From an uncultured Chlamydiae bacterium (lineage in GTDB: Bacteria; Chlamydiota; Chlamydiia; Chlamydiales; JAJFMA01), in NCBI GenBank assembly GCA_963713615.1, contig CAVQMM010000001.1, positions 1,763,964-1,827,963 on the forward strand: 64,000 nucleotides of DNA, given 5' to 3'. Position 1 is the first letter of the stretch, and every line of letters starts with the position of its first letter. The notes below the pieces were generated by a model. That model had not been told where the DNA came from. It searched no databases and worked only from the letters and a program-made list of their open reading frames with translations. The position numbers and the translations under genes were made by a program. Positions 44,180 through 55,278 of this stretch are shown piece by piece.

Positions 44180-46828
44180 TCAAGGTTCAATCGGCAAGAT
44201 GAAGGAACACAATGTTCCACCCATTGTCTGATCTTCAATTTTTAACTGTCCATGATGCAGCTCCGCTATTCTTTTGGCCACAGCAATACCTAAAGAGATG
44301 CTTGTCCCCATGCCGGGAACGTTAGATAGGTGATCAGAAGTATTGTTCTCATGCTGATTCAACAGAACCGCAGCTCTTTGGTAAGCTACTGAAAGCACTA
44401 AGTCATCTTCAACCCTCACCGCTGTCACCTCAATGGTTGAATCCGATGCTGTATTTTCAATGGCATACAAGAGAACATTGAGAAGTAACATCTTTACTAA
44501 CCCAAAATCGAAGGGTACGAGTTCCAGCTCCTCAGCCAGCCTGACGATGATCAGCTGGTCAGAGGTATACTTTCCACAAGCTTGCACACAAGCATCGATC
44601 ACCGGCCCAATAGGCTGTGTCCTCTTCTGCACAGATACTAAACCACCCAATAACCTAGCCATGGCTGAGACATTATCAAGCGCATGAAAAAGACCATCAG
44701 AGGCATCTTCGATTTTAAAAATATGCGTTAAAAGGCGTCTGCCCTCATCACCAGTCGGTATCACACTGAGATCATTAAGAGCCTTTTCAATAACCGTTAA
44801 AGGCTTTTTCATTTGCTGACTCACCAACTTTAACACTGTCTGGTATACGTTCTCAACCTGACTACGGCGCTCCGATTGCCGAGACTTCTCCTCTGCAAAA
44901 GTTCGATCCAAATAGTTAGCAAGCTGCTGACCCACCGCATAGAGAAAGCTCTTGTCCTCGGAAGTAAGTATTCTGTCTGTCTTGGGATGAAATACTAGCA
45001 CACCCACTACAGAGTTATAACCTCGCAACGGAATCAGAAAATGATTGATTGATGGTAAGGTAGAAGTGGACCGGCCAGCCTCACAGCCTTTTTCAAAAAC
45101 CCACAGAGCGGCATTTCTATCCTTCTCATCGCTCAAAAGAGAATAGCCGCGATCGAGGATTAATTCATTGTCCGCACCTTTGGAGAGAATGGCAAATTTC
45201 CCATCAAAAAGTAACCCAAGACGTTCTTCAACAGCTTGAAGGATTTCCTGTTTAGATGGGGCGCTGGCAATGTGGCGTACAATCTCATAAAGAGCCCTTG
45301 AAGACTCTTCACGTTTCGCCAACAACTCTTTATGCTGCCTACCTCTATCTGTCAAAATTCCAGTCACGACCGCTGTAATAACATATAAGGTCAATAAGGC
45401 CATATCCTCTGAAGAACCAATGGTAAATGTTCCCACGGGTGGAATAAAGAAATAATCCCACATAAGAGCGTACATGAGCGAAGCCAAAATAATGGGCCCC
45501 ATTCGAAAAAAAAGACTTAGGAAAAGGATACCAATCAAAAATACAACACCAACAACCTTATAGCCTATCCAAGGAAGCAATAGCCAATTGACCCCTCCAA
45601 GCATCAATACAAAAGCCATTATAGCGAAATAGGGAAGAATCTGAACCTTCTCCCAGCTAGAAAAGCGTAGCTGCCTACCACGTGCATAAACTCGGTTTTG
45701 TCTGATGACATGGATATCGACATCAGTACATTCGCGCGCAAGCCGATCGAGTAACTGAAATCTCATGAAAAAATCCCAAAATCCACGATGGGGCGGCCTT
45801 CCTATGATGATTTGGGTGACACTCCTCTGTCGTGCCATGCGCTGGATGCCATCCACAATATCTGGATCGCTGATAGTCATTACCTCAGCCCCGAGATCGC
45901 GAGCCAGAGCTAGATTTCTGGCCAGTACGACACTTTCAACCTCGTTTAGCACTCTTCCATTATCAATGTGAAGTGCTATCCACGGAGCCCCCAGGTTAAA
46001 CGCGAGTCTGCGCGTGGTCCGGATCAATCGTTGAGAATGGGGACTGTGACTGACCGCCACTAACAAACGTTCGCGTGGCTTCCATCCACTAGTACGTTCA
46101 ATAGACGAAATCATGGCATGGAGGTCATAATCGACTTTTTCGGCCGTAAAACGAAGGACAATTTCCCTAAGCGCCGTTAGCCGATCCGCTTGAAAAAAAT
46201 GCTCAGCAGCTATCTTAGACTGATTTCCAAGATAAACCTTTCCCTCTTTCAGCCTATCTAAAAGCTCCTTGGGTGTCAGATCAATCAGTTGTATCGATTC
46301 GGCACGCTCAATGACAAGATCAGGAACTGATTCACGAATAGTCGTGTCTGTAATCCGTTCGATAACTTCTTTGAGGCTCTCTATATGTTGAACATTAAGA
46401 GTTGTGTATACATCAATCCCTGCCTCAAGTATTTCAAGAACATCTTGCCATCTTTTAAGATGACGACTTTCCGGAATATTTGTATGGGCGAGCTCATCAA
46501 TGAGAACCAACTGAGGCTTACGGCGTAGAATTTCATCGATGTCAAGTTCAGATAAATTCTTTCCCTTATAGGAAACAATTCTTTCTGGAATGCTTTTAAG
46601 GCCTTTTAGAAGGTGTTCGGTTTCCAATCGTCCATGAGTGCAAATTAGTCCTACTACGACGTCCAAACCCTCTTGATGCCGCTGTTGAGCCTCCTCCAGC
46701 ATGCCGAATGTCTTTCCGACACCTGCAGCCATACCTAGAAATATCTTAAGGCGGCCCTTATGACTTCTTTCCTCCTCGCGTGTGACGGCTTCCAGTAAAG
46801 CTTCGGGATTAGGACGATCTGGATTCAT
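44180..46828 (-). CDS. kdpD: KdpD-like sensor protein with a degenerate histidine-kinase core
   Basis: N-terminal KdpD domain with a P-loop (GMAAGVGKT). Usp-like domain, 4 TM helices and a GAF-like region. The H-box reads SQQMKKPLTVI (Gln in place of the phospho-His). The N and G1 boxes are not recognisable. Confidence 0.8.
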   Translation of the reverse strand: MNPDRPNPEALLEAVTREEERSHKGRLKIFLGMAAGVGKTFGMLEEAQQRHQEGLDVVVGLICTHGRLETEHLLKGLKSIPERIVSYKGKNLSELDIDEILRRKPQLVLIDELAHTNIPESRHLKRWQDVLEILEAGIDVYTTLNVQHIESLKEVIERITDTTIRESVPDLVIERAESIQLIDLTPKELLDRLKEGKVYLGNQSKIAAEHFFQADRLTALREIVLRFTAEKVDYDLHAMISSIERTSGWKPRERLLVAVSHSPHSQRLIRTTRRLAFNLGAPWIALHIDNGRVLNEVESVVLARNLALARDLGAEVMTISDPDIVDGIQRMARQRSVTQIIIGRPPHRGFWDFFMRFQLLDRLARECTDVDIHVIRQNRVYARGRQLRFSSWEKVQILPYFAIMAFVLMLGGVNWLLLPWIGYKVVGVVFLIGILFLSLFFRMGPIILASLMYALMWDYFFIPPVGTFTIGSSEDMALLTLYVITAVVTGILTDRGRQHKELLAKREESSRALYEIVRHIASAPSKQEILQAVEERLGLLFDGKFAILSKGADNELILDRGYSLLSDEKDRNAALWVFEKGCEAGRSTSTLPSINHFLIPLRGYNSVVGVLVFHPKTDRILTSEDKSFLYAVGQQLANYLDRTFAEEKSRQSERRSQVENVYQTVLKLVSQQMKKPLTVIEKALNDLSVIPTGDEGRRLLTHIFKIEDASDGLFHALDNVSAMARLLGGLVSVQKRTQPIGPVIDACVQACGKYTSDQLIIVRLAEELELVPFDFGLVKMLLLNVLLYAIENTASDSTIEVTAVRVEDDLVLSVAYQRAAVLLNQHENNTSDHLSNVPGMGTSISLGIAVAKRIAELHHGQLKIEDQTMGGTLCSFILPIEP

Positions 46829-47400
46829 TGTGCAGCCTCAGGTTTAAGCTTATCCAAGGCAATGTTAAGGGAGAGAACATTAACACAAGAAGGCGCCAGG
46901 ATCCCCATGAATGACGTTTCAGTCATACTGTCAACTAGCTCCTTAATGACCTTAACTTTGAGATTCCTAACACTAGCGATTCGATGCATCTGAAAATAGG
47001 CGGTTTCAGGACTGATATGAGGATCTATACCACTTCCAGAGGCGAACAAAAGCTCAGCGGGAACCTCATAAGGATCTACTCGATGAGCTTCCATTAACAT
47101 AGACTGACGCTCTCTAACAACATGCTGTAATGCGGCACTTGTTGGCCCCAAATTACTACCACCTGAAGGCAGTGGGTTATAGTCCACCGCGGACGGTCGA
47201 GGCCAAAAATAGCCTTCGCTAGTGAACTTCTGCCCGATAAGTAAAGACCCAACAGCAACCCCATCAATTCTAGCAATACTACCAGTAGCCTGTGAATGCA
47301 TGATGACCAGAGCGATGGCTGTGATCAATAGTGGATAAAGCAATCCTGTTAAGAGAGACATACAGGCTAACATTCTAACAGATTGCCAGACGTTATTCAT
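46825..47400 (-). CDS. kdpC: Potassium-transporting ATPase subunit C
   Basis: 191 aa with a single N-terminal TM helix. Contains conserved SGGSNLGP and [12 protein letters not shown] motifs. Located between kdpB and kdpD. Confidence 0.9.
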   Translation of the reverse strand: MNNVWQSVRMLACMSLLTGLLYPLLITAIALVIMHSQATGSIARIDGVAVGSLLIGQKFTSEGYFWPRPSAVDYNPLPSGGSNLGPTSAALQHVVRERQSMLMEAHRVDPYEVPAELLFASGSGIDPHISPETAYFQMHRIASVRNLKVKVIKELVDSMTETSFMGILAPSCVNVLSLNIALDKLKPEAAQ

Positions 47401-49493
47401 GCCACAGCCCCTATAAAGGTAATCATAAGATCGATGAATTTGATGCCGATAAAAGGGGCCAGGAGACCACCCAGACCATAAATAATGAGGTTCTTTTTGA
47501 GAAGATCATGCGCTGAACCCGCGTGGTAAGGAACTCCACGTAGGGCCAAGGGGATGAGGGCGACAATGATTAGGGCATTAAAGATAACAGCGCTTAATAT
47601 AGCGCTTTGGGGTGAATGTAGGTACATAATGTTCAAAGCTTTTAGTGGACCTGCATGCAAGGCCTTATCAAAATACAAAACACCAAAGATAGCGGGAATG
47701 ATTGCGAAATACTTTGCCACATCGTTGGCGATACTAAAGGTCGTTAAGGCTCCACGAGTCATCAAAAGCTGCTTTCCAATACGCACAATATCTAAAAGCT
47801 TAGTGGGATTGCTGTCCAAATCGACCATATTGCCGGCTTCCCGCGAGGCCTGAGTCCCCGTATTCATGGCCACCCCAACATCGGCTTGTGCCAAGGCTGG
47901 CGCATCATTAGTCCCATCGCCAGTCATTGCGATAAGTCTGCCGCCTTTTTGTTCTAGCCTGATACGTGCCAGTTTTATTTCGGGGGTCGCCTCTGCAATA
48001 TAGTCGTCAACCCCTGCCTCAGCAGCAATGGCCGCCGCGGTAAGTGGGTTGTCGCCCGTAATCATAAGCGTACGTATCCCCATACGACGCATTTCGGCAA
48101 ATCTTTCTTTTATGCCACCTTTTACCACATCTTTTAGGTAGATCACACCCAGAACGACACGGTCATCGCTTACCAATAGCGGCGTGCCACCTTTTTTCGC
48201 GATGTTATTGATGACAACATCCATCTGATCCGGGTAGGTTCCTCCTAGAGCCTCCACATGCCTTCGAATCGCATCACCGGAGCCTTTGCGGATTTGTCGG
48301 ATCACCTTTCCTTGGCTATCGCGAAAGTCAATGCCACTCATGCGTGTCTTAGCAGTGAAAGGGATGAAGAGTGAACTGGCGGTATCCAAGGCCTCTGCGC
48401 GTAGGCCAAATCGATTTTTCGCCAAGACGACGATGGAGCGACCTTCTGGAGTTTCATCGGACAATGAAGCCCATTGTGCCACTGTAGCCAAGTCCTTTTC
48501 ATGCACTCCAACCGCAGGAAGGAAATCGCTAGCCACTCGGTTGCCGATAGTAATGGTACCGGTCTTGTCCAGAATAAGTAGGTCAATATCACCGGCTGCC
48601 TCGATAGCTCGACCACTCTTGGCGATGACATTGCGACGCACCAACCTATCCATCCCTGCAATGCCTACAGCACTGAGTAATGCGCTGATGGTCGTAGGGA
48701 TCAGGCAAACCAATAGGGCTACTAAAACCGGCATCGTAACGATGCCTGAAAGATCCTGTTTAGCCGCTAGAGAACTGTAATCAGAGAAACACTTCAAGGA
48801 GGCTGTAGTAAGCAAGAAAATGATCGTAAGACCTGACAACACAATATGCAATGCAATCTCATTTGGAGTACGCTGCCTTTTGGCTCCTTCGATAAGGGAA
48901 ATAATACGATCCAAAAAACTCTTCCCAGGTTCAGAAGTGATTCTAATCGTTATGCGATCACTAATTACCTTGGTACCCGCTGTCACTGCACTCCGGTCTC
49001 CACCACTTTCCCTGATGACCGGTGCCGATTCTCCGGTGATGGCTGACTCGTCAACAGTTGCAATACCATCGACCACTTCACCATCAGCAGGAATGATATC
49101 TCCAGCTTCGCAAATAATGAGATCGTCCTGACGCAGATCTTGCGAAGGGGTTTTTACTTCTACACCATGACGAATCTGCCTAGCAAAAGCTTCTATCTTG
49201 GTTCTACGCAAGCTGGAGGCCTGAGCTTTACCCCTACTCTCCGCGATAGCCTGAGCAAAATTAGCGAATAATACCGTAAACCAAAGCCACAGGGTTATTT
49301 GCAGATTGAAGCCAGACAGTCTAGATTCGGATAGATCACTAAGCACGCAAATAGTCGTTACTAGTGCCCCGACGTATGTCACAAACATCACAGGGTTTTT
49401 ATACTGAACCTGAGGCGTCAACATCCGAATAGCATCTAACATAGCCCCAAGAACCATTTGTCTGTCGAGAAAACGTGTATGATGGTATTTCAT
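47397..49493 (-). CDS. kdpB: Potassium-transporting P-type ATPase subunit B
   Basis: DKTGTIT phosphorylation motif, TGDN and [10 protein letters not shown] hinge motifs. 698 aa. Confidence 0.92.
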   Translation of the reverse strand: MKYHHTRFLDRQMVLGAMLDAIRMLTPQVQYKNPVMFVTYVGALVTTICVLSDLSESRLSGFNLQITLWLWFTVLFANFAQAIAESRGKAQASSLRRTKIEAFARQIRHGVEVKTPSQDLRQDDLIICEAGDIIPADGEVVDGIATVDESAITGESAPVIRESGGDRSAVTAGTKVISDRITIRITSEPGKSFLDRIISLIEGAKRQRTPNEIALHIVLSGLTIIFLLTTASLKCFSDYSSLAAKQDLSGIVTMPVLVALLVCLIPTTISALLSAVGIAGMDRLVRRNVIAKSGRAIEAAGDIDLLILDKTGTITIGNRVASDFLPAVGVHEKDLATVAQWASLSDETPEGRSIVVLAKNRFGLRAEALDTASSLFIPFTAKTRMSGIDFRDSQGKVIRQIRKGSGDAIRRHVEALGGTYPDQMDVVINNIAKKGGTPLLVSDDRVVLGVIYLKDVVKGGIKERFAEMRRMGIRTLMITGDNPLTAAAIAAEAGVDDYIAEATPEIKLARIRLEQKGGRLIAMTGDGTNDAPALAQADVGVAMNTGTQASREAGNMVDLDSNPTKLLDIVRIGKQLLMTRGALTTFSIANDVAKYFAIIPAIFGVLYFDKALHAGPLKALNIMYLHSPQSAILSAVIFNALIIVALIPLALRGVPYHAGSAHDLLKKNLIIYGLGGLLAPFIGIKFIDLMITFIGAVA

Positions 49494-49508
49494 AAAGGCT
49501 TCTTTTTC

Positions 49509-51200
49509 CTAAAAAACACGTCCTTGCTGCATTAAAAAATGTTCCACAATAGGCCCTAAAGCCAGTGCTGGAAAAAATGTAAGAGCAACAACAATCAGCA
49601 TAACACTAAGCAAGAGCACAATAAAAAGAATGGTATCGCTCGAGAAAGTCCCTACAGAAGGGGGCATGGTCTTTTTTTTGGCTAGCAAACCCGCTATGGC
49701 AATGCTTGGAACAATAATCGCGAGCCTACCCAGCAACATAATAGCCCCTAAAAAGAGGTTATAGTACGTTGTGTTGGCATTGAGTCCAGCAAAAGCACTC
49801 CCGTTATTACCCGCCGCTGAAGTAAAAGCATAAAGAAGTTCCGATAGGCCATGAGGACCCTGATTTGCTAAGCTCGATAAGGCCCCCGGCGAAATACTAG
49901 AAATGCCACTTCCAATAAGGATCAGAGCGCTGGGGATTAGTACTGCTGCAATAACCCATTGCATTTCTGCCTTCTCAATCTTCTTACCCATAAACTCCGG
50001 CGTTCTACCTACCATCAGGCCAGATAAAAATACTGTGAGTAGGATATACATAATCATGCCGCATAAGCCTACTCCGACACCCCCAAAGACTACCTCGCCA
50101 AGCATGATGTTAAACATAGCCAGTCCACCCGCCAGCGGTGATAAGCTCGATATCATCGCATTGACCGAGCCGTTGGCCGTAGCGGTGGTAGAGACGGTCC
50201 ATAGTAAACTGGATGCCCCTTGAAAGCGCGTCTCCTGACCTTCAAGCGCTGGATATACTGCTAGAGTGGGTTCAACACGACTTTGAAAGTATGATGAAAC
50301 AGCCAAACCACCACTCCATACTACAAACATAACTAGAAAAATAAGCCAACCATGTTTTTGAGAATTTAGCATAGCCCCATAGGTATAGGTAAGCGAGGCT
50401 GGGATGAGAATAATTGCTAATGATTCCAAAAAATTGGACAAACCCGAGGGGTTTTCAACTGGATGAGCACTATTTGCATTAAAGAAGCCGCCACCATTAG
50501 TTCCAAGCTGCTTAATGGCCACCTGCGAGGCCACCGGTCCCATGGGTATGGATTGCGCGCCGTTCTCTAAAGTGGTGACATGGATATATGACGAAAAATT
50601 CTGTATGACTCCGGTACCCACCAATGCGATGGCCATTAGGATGGCAAGCGGCAAAAGCAAATAAACGATGGAGCGTACTAGATCGACCCAAAAGCTCCCT
50701 AGAAGATCTTTGGAACTGTTAGTAATGCCTCGAATAAGAACCAACAGTGCACCCATGCCCGTCGCCGCACTGAGAAAATTCTGTACAGTAAGGCCTAGCA
50801 TCTGCGTGATATAGCTTAGCGTTGTTTCACCAGCATAAGCCTGCCAATTGGTATTGGTGGTAAAGCTTGCAGCGGTATTAAAAGCTAAGTCCCAAGGGAC
50901 GGATGGGAAACTCTGTGGATTTAGGGGCAACCACTGCTGGATAAGTTGGAGCAAAAACAGCGCTCCAAACCCCAAGAGGTTAAACAACAGAAGAGCTTTG
51001 AGATAATTCCTCCAATACATTTCGCGACGAGAATCTATTCCTCCGAGACGATAGCAAAGCAGCTCGAGTCTTATGAATAGAAAGCTGATAGCCGTCTTCT
51101 TTCCTTGGAAGACATCAGCCATATACTGTCCAAGCAGTGGCGTAAGACCTACAAGGAGCAGTACAAAGAGAAGCGTTTGTAGCCATGACGATCCACCCAT
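49509..51200 (-). CDS. kdpA: Potassium-transporting ATPase subunit A
   Basis: 563 aa and polytopic. Selectivity-filter-like GTNGGGF motif. First large gene of the kdp operon. Confidence 0.9.
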   Translation of the reverse strand: MGGSSWLQTLLFVLLLVGLTPLLGQYMADVFQGKKTAISFLFIRLELLCYRLGGIDSRREMYWRNYLKALLLFNLLGFGALFLLQLIQQWLPLNPQSFPSVPWDLAFNTAASFTTNTNWQAYAGETTLSYITQMLGLTVQNFLSAATGMGALLVLIRGITNSSKDLLGSFWVDLVRSIVYLLLPLAILMAIALVGTGVIQNFSSYIHVTTLENGAQSIPMGPVASQVAIKQLGTNGGGFFNANSAHPVENPSGLSNFLESLAIILIPASLTYTYGAMLNSQKHGWLIFLVMFVVWSGGLAVSSYFQSRVEPTLAVYPALEGQETRFQGASSLLWTVSTTATANGSVNAMISSLSPLAGGLAMFNIMLGEVVFGGVGVGLCGMIMYILLTVFLSGLMVGRTPEFMGKKIEKAEMQWVIAAVLIPSALILIGSGISSISPGALSSLANQGPHGLSELLYAFTSAAGNNGSAFAGLNANTTYYNLFLGAIMLLGRLAIIVPSIAIAGLLAKKKTMPPSVGTFSSDTILFIVLLLSVMLIVVALTFFPALALGPIVEHFLMQQGRVF

Positions 51201-51212
51201 TGGATCCCTCTT

Positions 51213-51296
51213 CTAAAATTTCTCGGGGTAAACGATGGTATAGATCAAATAGATCAGCAACGCCGTGGTTAAAAGGCCACCCAGGACAAACTGCAT
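51213..51296 (-). CDS. kdpF: Potassium-transporting ATPase subunit F (27-aa hydrophobic peptide), not in the ORF track
   Basis: Manual translation gives MQFVLGGLLTTALLIYLIYTIVYPEKF*. It is a single TM helix with the characteristic P-E-x-F C-terminus, ending 12 nt upstream of the kdpA start. Confidence 0.7.
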   Translation of the reverse strand: MQFVLGGLLTTALLIYLIYTIVYPEKF

Positions 51297-51364
51297 ATGC
51301 TCCCCATATCATTAAGGAATAGATAGCAATAGTCCTACCCCCTTATTCAGTAAAGTATTTTTTT

Positions 51365-51880
51365 CACACCCCTCCCCCTTCGTGCCCGTGCCCATATGCG
51401 TTAAGCTAAGAGAATTAGGAATTTTCACCGCCGAGGCACCGAGATAGGAGAGAGAGGAAAAGGAAAGAATGTTCAGTTACTAACGACTCTGGACAAAATC
51501 CAGTCTAAGGGTTCCCGCAGGAATACCATTTAGTAGTGCCCTTAGACAGGACTTTGTCCAGAGCCAGCAGTAACCGAACAGATCCTCAATTTAACAAAAA
51601 AAGTTAGATTGAGCACCTGTCCCGTTTGTGTGTCCTTGGGCAAATCCTATCTAAGGGCTTTACCAAAATGACACCCCCTCAGAAGGCCCTTAGGCAGAAT
51701 TTTGCCCAAGGACACACAAACGGCACATTCTCTCCTAATCCTCTCTCTCCTATCTCGGCGCCTCGGCGGTGAAAATCCTAAAAAAGCCCCACGAACCTCT
51801 ACGCGCCTCGGCGGTGAAAATTCCTAATTCTCTTAACTTAACGCGCATGGGCACGCACACGAGCACGAAGGGGGAGGGAG
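51365..51880. repeat. Nested palindrome complex: outer inverted repeat, family D-type inner arms, and two independent internal hairpin elements
   Basis: The outer arms pair (~51365-51438 with ~51803-51880). The inner arms are ccgagataggagagagagg / cctctctctcctatctcgg. Internal hairpins lie at ~51487-51563 and ~51619-51727. The right-arm segment gcgcctcggcggtgaaaat is duplicated. Confidence 0.8.
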
Positions 51881-51948
51881 GAACCGTGCGTGGTATAATA
51901 TTGACCACTTATATTATGGTCATCGTCTAAGCAAAAAAGACGAGGGTC

Positions 51949-53391
51949 ATGAAGAAATCCCTTATTTTAACGGCTCTATTTCTGCTTTTCGCGTCAGGAT
52001 GCGCCCTTCCCGACCCCAGCGCCGAGGGTGAAGCTCCCCGTTGCCCTGGCACAAAATGGACTTCTCCGCGTCGCGTCCCTTCGGCCCCCTGCTGCAAATA
52101 TGCCGATCCTGTCGAATATCCCGACCCGTTAACCCTTTGGGAACTCGTTGATATCTCGTTAAGAAATAATCCTCAAACCGAACAGTCGTGGCGAAATGCC
52201 CGCACCGCCTATTATAACCTTGGATCCGCCGAATCCACATTGTATCCTCTGGTCGATGGGACGATATCCGCTCAAGCAACGGCAGGTAATGGTGCGGGGG
52301 GGGCAACTACAAGTAGCTTTGGTTCCAGTCAGGCGGGCTTTGTTTCAGGTAGCCGTGCTGTAGGAAATGGTAATACCCAATCGTTCACAACAGATCTGGC
52401 TGTTTCCTACCTCATCTTGGACTTTGGAGGGCGCTGTGCTCAAATTAGACAGGCCTGCAAAGCTCTACAAGCTGCCAATTGGACACATAGCAGAACCGTC
52501 CAGACCGTTATGGTCGGAACACTAGATGCCTATTACAACTACATCTATGCGATTGGGCTAGTGCATACTAGAGAACTAGATCTACATGATGCAGAGGTCA
52601 ACTTAGATGCGGCAAAGCAGCGATTCGAAGCTGGCGTAGCCACACACGTCGATGTCCTCCAATCACAAGCCAGTGAAGTCAATGCTAAGCTACAGCTTGT
52701 CACAGCTCAAGGACAGGTTAAAATAAACAGGGGACAACTGGCTGCAGCTATGGGATGGCCCGCAGATACATGCCTGGTCGTTGAAAACCTTCCCGAACAC
52801 TTGCCCGTGGCGGAAATTTCAGACGATATTTGCTGCATGGTGGAAGTCGCCAAGGGCTCCAGACCAGACCTTACAGCCGCCTATTATGCATACTTAAAAG
52901 CGAAGGAAAATATTATTATCGCCCGGTCAGGAGGGCGCCCAACAATATCATTTGGTGGCGATGTTCAGCGCAACACCTTCATTGCTATGCCAAAGCTCAA
53001 CAATGGATCACAAAGCGCTCTTCTTAGCCTTTCTATACCTATTTTCGAAGGATATTTTTATGAAAACCAAGCGGCAAGCGCTGTAGAGAGCTCTGCGGCT
53101 GCCTTTGCAGCGTGGAGAGCTGCTGAGTTAGGAGTTCTTCTCGATGTCGTTACCGCCTATGCCAACTATACCACGGCTGCTGAATCCATCGACTTCAGCG
53201 AACAATATCTTAAGTATTCCCAAGAAGCTTATGACGCAACTTTGGAAAACTACAAAAATGGTACAGGATCTTTCCTTGATGTCCTTACGGCGGAAACAAC
53301 CCTCTCTGCAGCACGTGTACAGTGGGTTCAAGCACGTACACAGTATCTCATATCTATAGCTAATATCGCCTACGCCGTTGGTACTCTTTAG
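51949..53391 (+). CDS. TolC-family outer-membrane efflux protein (lipoprotein)
   Basis: Lipobox (LLFASGC). Two OEP repeats. 480 aa. Confidence 0.75.
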   Translation: MKKSLILTALFLLFASGCALPDPSAEGEAPRCPGTKWTSPRRVPSAPCCKYADPVEYPDPLTLWELVDISLRNNPQTEQSWRNARTAYYNLGSAESTLYPLVDGTISAQATAGNGAGGATTSSFGSSQAGFVSGSRAVGNGNTQSFTTDLAVSYLILDFGGRCAQIRQACKALQAANWTHSRTVQTVMVGTLDAYYNYIYAIGLVHTRELDLHDAEVNLDAAKQRFEAGVATHVDVLQSQASEVNAKLQLVTAQGQVKINRGQLAAAMGWPADTCLVVENLPEHLPVAEISDDICCMVEVAKGSRPDLTAAYYAYLKAKENIIIARSGGRPTISFGGDVQRNTFIAMPKLNNGSQSALLSLSIPIFEGYFYENQAASAVESSAAAFAAWRAAELGVLLDVVTAYANYTTAAESIDFSEQYLKYSQEAYDATLENYKNGTGSFLDVLTAETTLSAARVQWVQARTQYLISIANIAYAVGTL

Positions 53392-54014
53392 ACTATTTCT
53401 CGAGGACAGGTCCCTGGTTCGGCATATACTGTACCCGATACGAGACTGGCAGCATCCTTCGAGGGCTGAATAAACCCCTGAGAAGAAATATCCAATCCTG
53501 AATTGAATTTGCTCGCTAATCCCTGAAAGCAGATGAGGGCCGTTAACTCAACGATTTCATCGTCGGTAAAGTGCTCCTTGACGTCATTGAACAGTGCATC
53601 ACTCACCTTGCCAGCCGATGTGAGAACCTCGGCGTAGCGTAAAGCTTGACGCTCTTTTGGAGAAAACAATGGACTATCCTGTGATGATGCCAGCGATAGC
53701 AATTTCCTTTCATCCATCCCACCCTTCACCGCTAGCCAAGAATTGATGTCGATACAAAAGGGACTCTGATAGATCTGAGATATCCGCGCAGTCACTAGAG
53801 CGCGTAAATCTTGAGGAAGAGGAGAATTTCGACGCTCTAATGCATTCCTGAAGTGAGAAAACGCCAGATATAGAGACGGACTGCGCCCCCAAATTAGGCT
53901 AGGCTCCAAGGGAGCTCCATACTTGCGTTTCTGAAAAAAGAACAGAATACGTAAATACCAGGGGTAAGCTTGGACTGGCTTGGGCTGTATCCGCGACATT
54001 GAATTACCTCTCAA
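53388..54014 (-). CDS. Carboxymuconolactone decarboxylase (AhpD-like) family protein
   Basis: Helical ~200-aa protein with a pattern resembling CMD-family peroxidase-related proteins (RISQIYQSPFCIDINSW, LTALICFQGL). Assignment is by pattern only. Confidence 0.45.
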   Translation of the reverse strand: MRGNSMSRIQPKPVQAYPWYLRILFFFQKRKYGAPLEPSLIWGRSPSLYLAFSHFRNALERRNSPLPQDLRALVTARISQIYQSPFCIDINSWLAVKGGMDERKLLSLASSQDSPLFSPKERQALRYAEVLTSAGKVSDALFNDVKEHFTDDEIVELTALICFQGLASKFNSGLDISSQGFIQPSKDAASLVSGTVYAEPGTCPREIV

Positions 54015-54514
54015 CCCTTAAACGTATAAGTTGTGAAGGCGATTCGGTCAAGCGCTTACAGTCTATTATGAGTCTATTATGCCAAATCCCCCACATAACC
54101 TCTGAAAAACAATCCCATTTTAATATGCCGCTATACCTAGTCCTATCAATGCATCCAATAGAACACGTAAAACCGCACCCATTAGTGCACGTCTCACTAT
54201 AGGCATTGAACCAATAGCTTGAAAATTGGATAGCATTAATTGTATCATATAAAAACCCAACCACCACATGTTATATTATAACACTAAGTATAAATTTAAT
54301 CTTAAACAATTAAATATTTACATATTCGCATTGGCTATAAAAAAGGATTTATTCAAACCTAGGGGTTATGCAGCCGAATTCTCCTACTTCGCACAGGAAC
54401 ATCGTGAAGTTATCCACAGCGCTAAGGGTCCATTCCGTGTAGTTCCTTATTTATACCACAATCGTTCACAAAGTTGGATTTGGGCCCACATATCCTTATG
54501 GTGAACCCCTTCAA

Positions 54515-54982
54515 CTATCTTCGCCTAGTTTTCTTGCCGCCGGATTCGATATTCGGGTGTGGCGGTGTTGTATTCTCGGCATCGGTATTCATCTTCACAA
54601 CTTTCTTTTCCTTTAGAGAAGACTCAAACGCCTGCTTGAACTCTGCTTCCGAAAATGTTCGTTTAAGAGGAACAATGACTTGTGCAATCACAAAACCTCT
54701 AACTTGATAAGCAATCCTTGCCGCATTCTTCCCCTCGGGCCCTTGAATGTCAACTCGTTCAATGCGTCCAGTTCCGCGAAGACCTTTCAAATCCCCAGCT
54801 TGAGCATTTAACACCATGTGACCCGAGCCGTCCCTTAACAAAAGCCCAAAACCCTGACTTTCAATAAATTCGTCTAACTTTTCGTGCATTTCAGAGCTGA
54901 CTTTCTTGTTCCCGCCAGTCACATCTTTGTCCGTTAAGTGATAACCTCCTGTTGCAGGCTGAAAATGTTCCAAATTTTCCAT
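54515..54982 (-). CDS. Hypothetical protein (155 aa) with a basic C-terminal tail, in an AT-rich islet
   Basis: ORF with a conventional ATG. No recognisable motif. Flanked by very AT-rich DNA. Confidence 0.45.
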   Translation of the reverse strand: MENLEHFQPATGGYHLTDKDVTGGNKKVSSEMHEKLDEFIESQGFGLLLRDGSGHMVLNAQAGDLKGLRGTGRIERVDIQGPEGKNAARIAYQVRGFVIAQVIVPLKRTFSEAEFKQAFESSLKEKKVVKMNTDAENTTPPHPNIESGGKKTRRR

Positions 54983-55278
54983 TTTAGCACCTCAAATAAA
55001 TAATAAAAGGCACACTTATTATTATATATTTAAATTATATTATATTTAAACGAACAAAAAGCAACTTAAAAACAATAAATAATGGACACGCATGGCTTTT
55101 TTTACTTAACAAATTATTTGAATAACAGTCTTAGAAGATAGCATGAAACTAGGGAGATTAAGACGGCGGAAAGTTTTTTATAAAAAAACTTCAACAATCC
55201 GAGAACAAAAGCCATGGGGAGCTATACCGGGCGCATGGTATCTCTAAATTCATTGTTCGGGATTTCGCGACAAAAGTC

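Noticed and set aside
51115-51312. 65-aa minus-strand ORF overlapping the kdpA start
   Set aside because: It overlaps kdpA out of frame. The kdpF reading frame (51213-51296) explains the region better.
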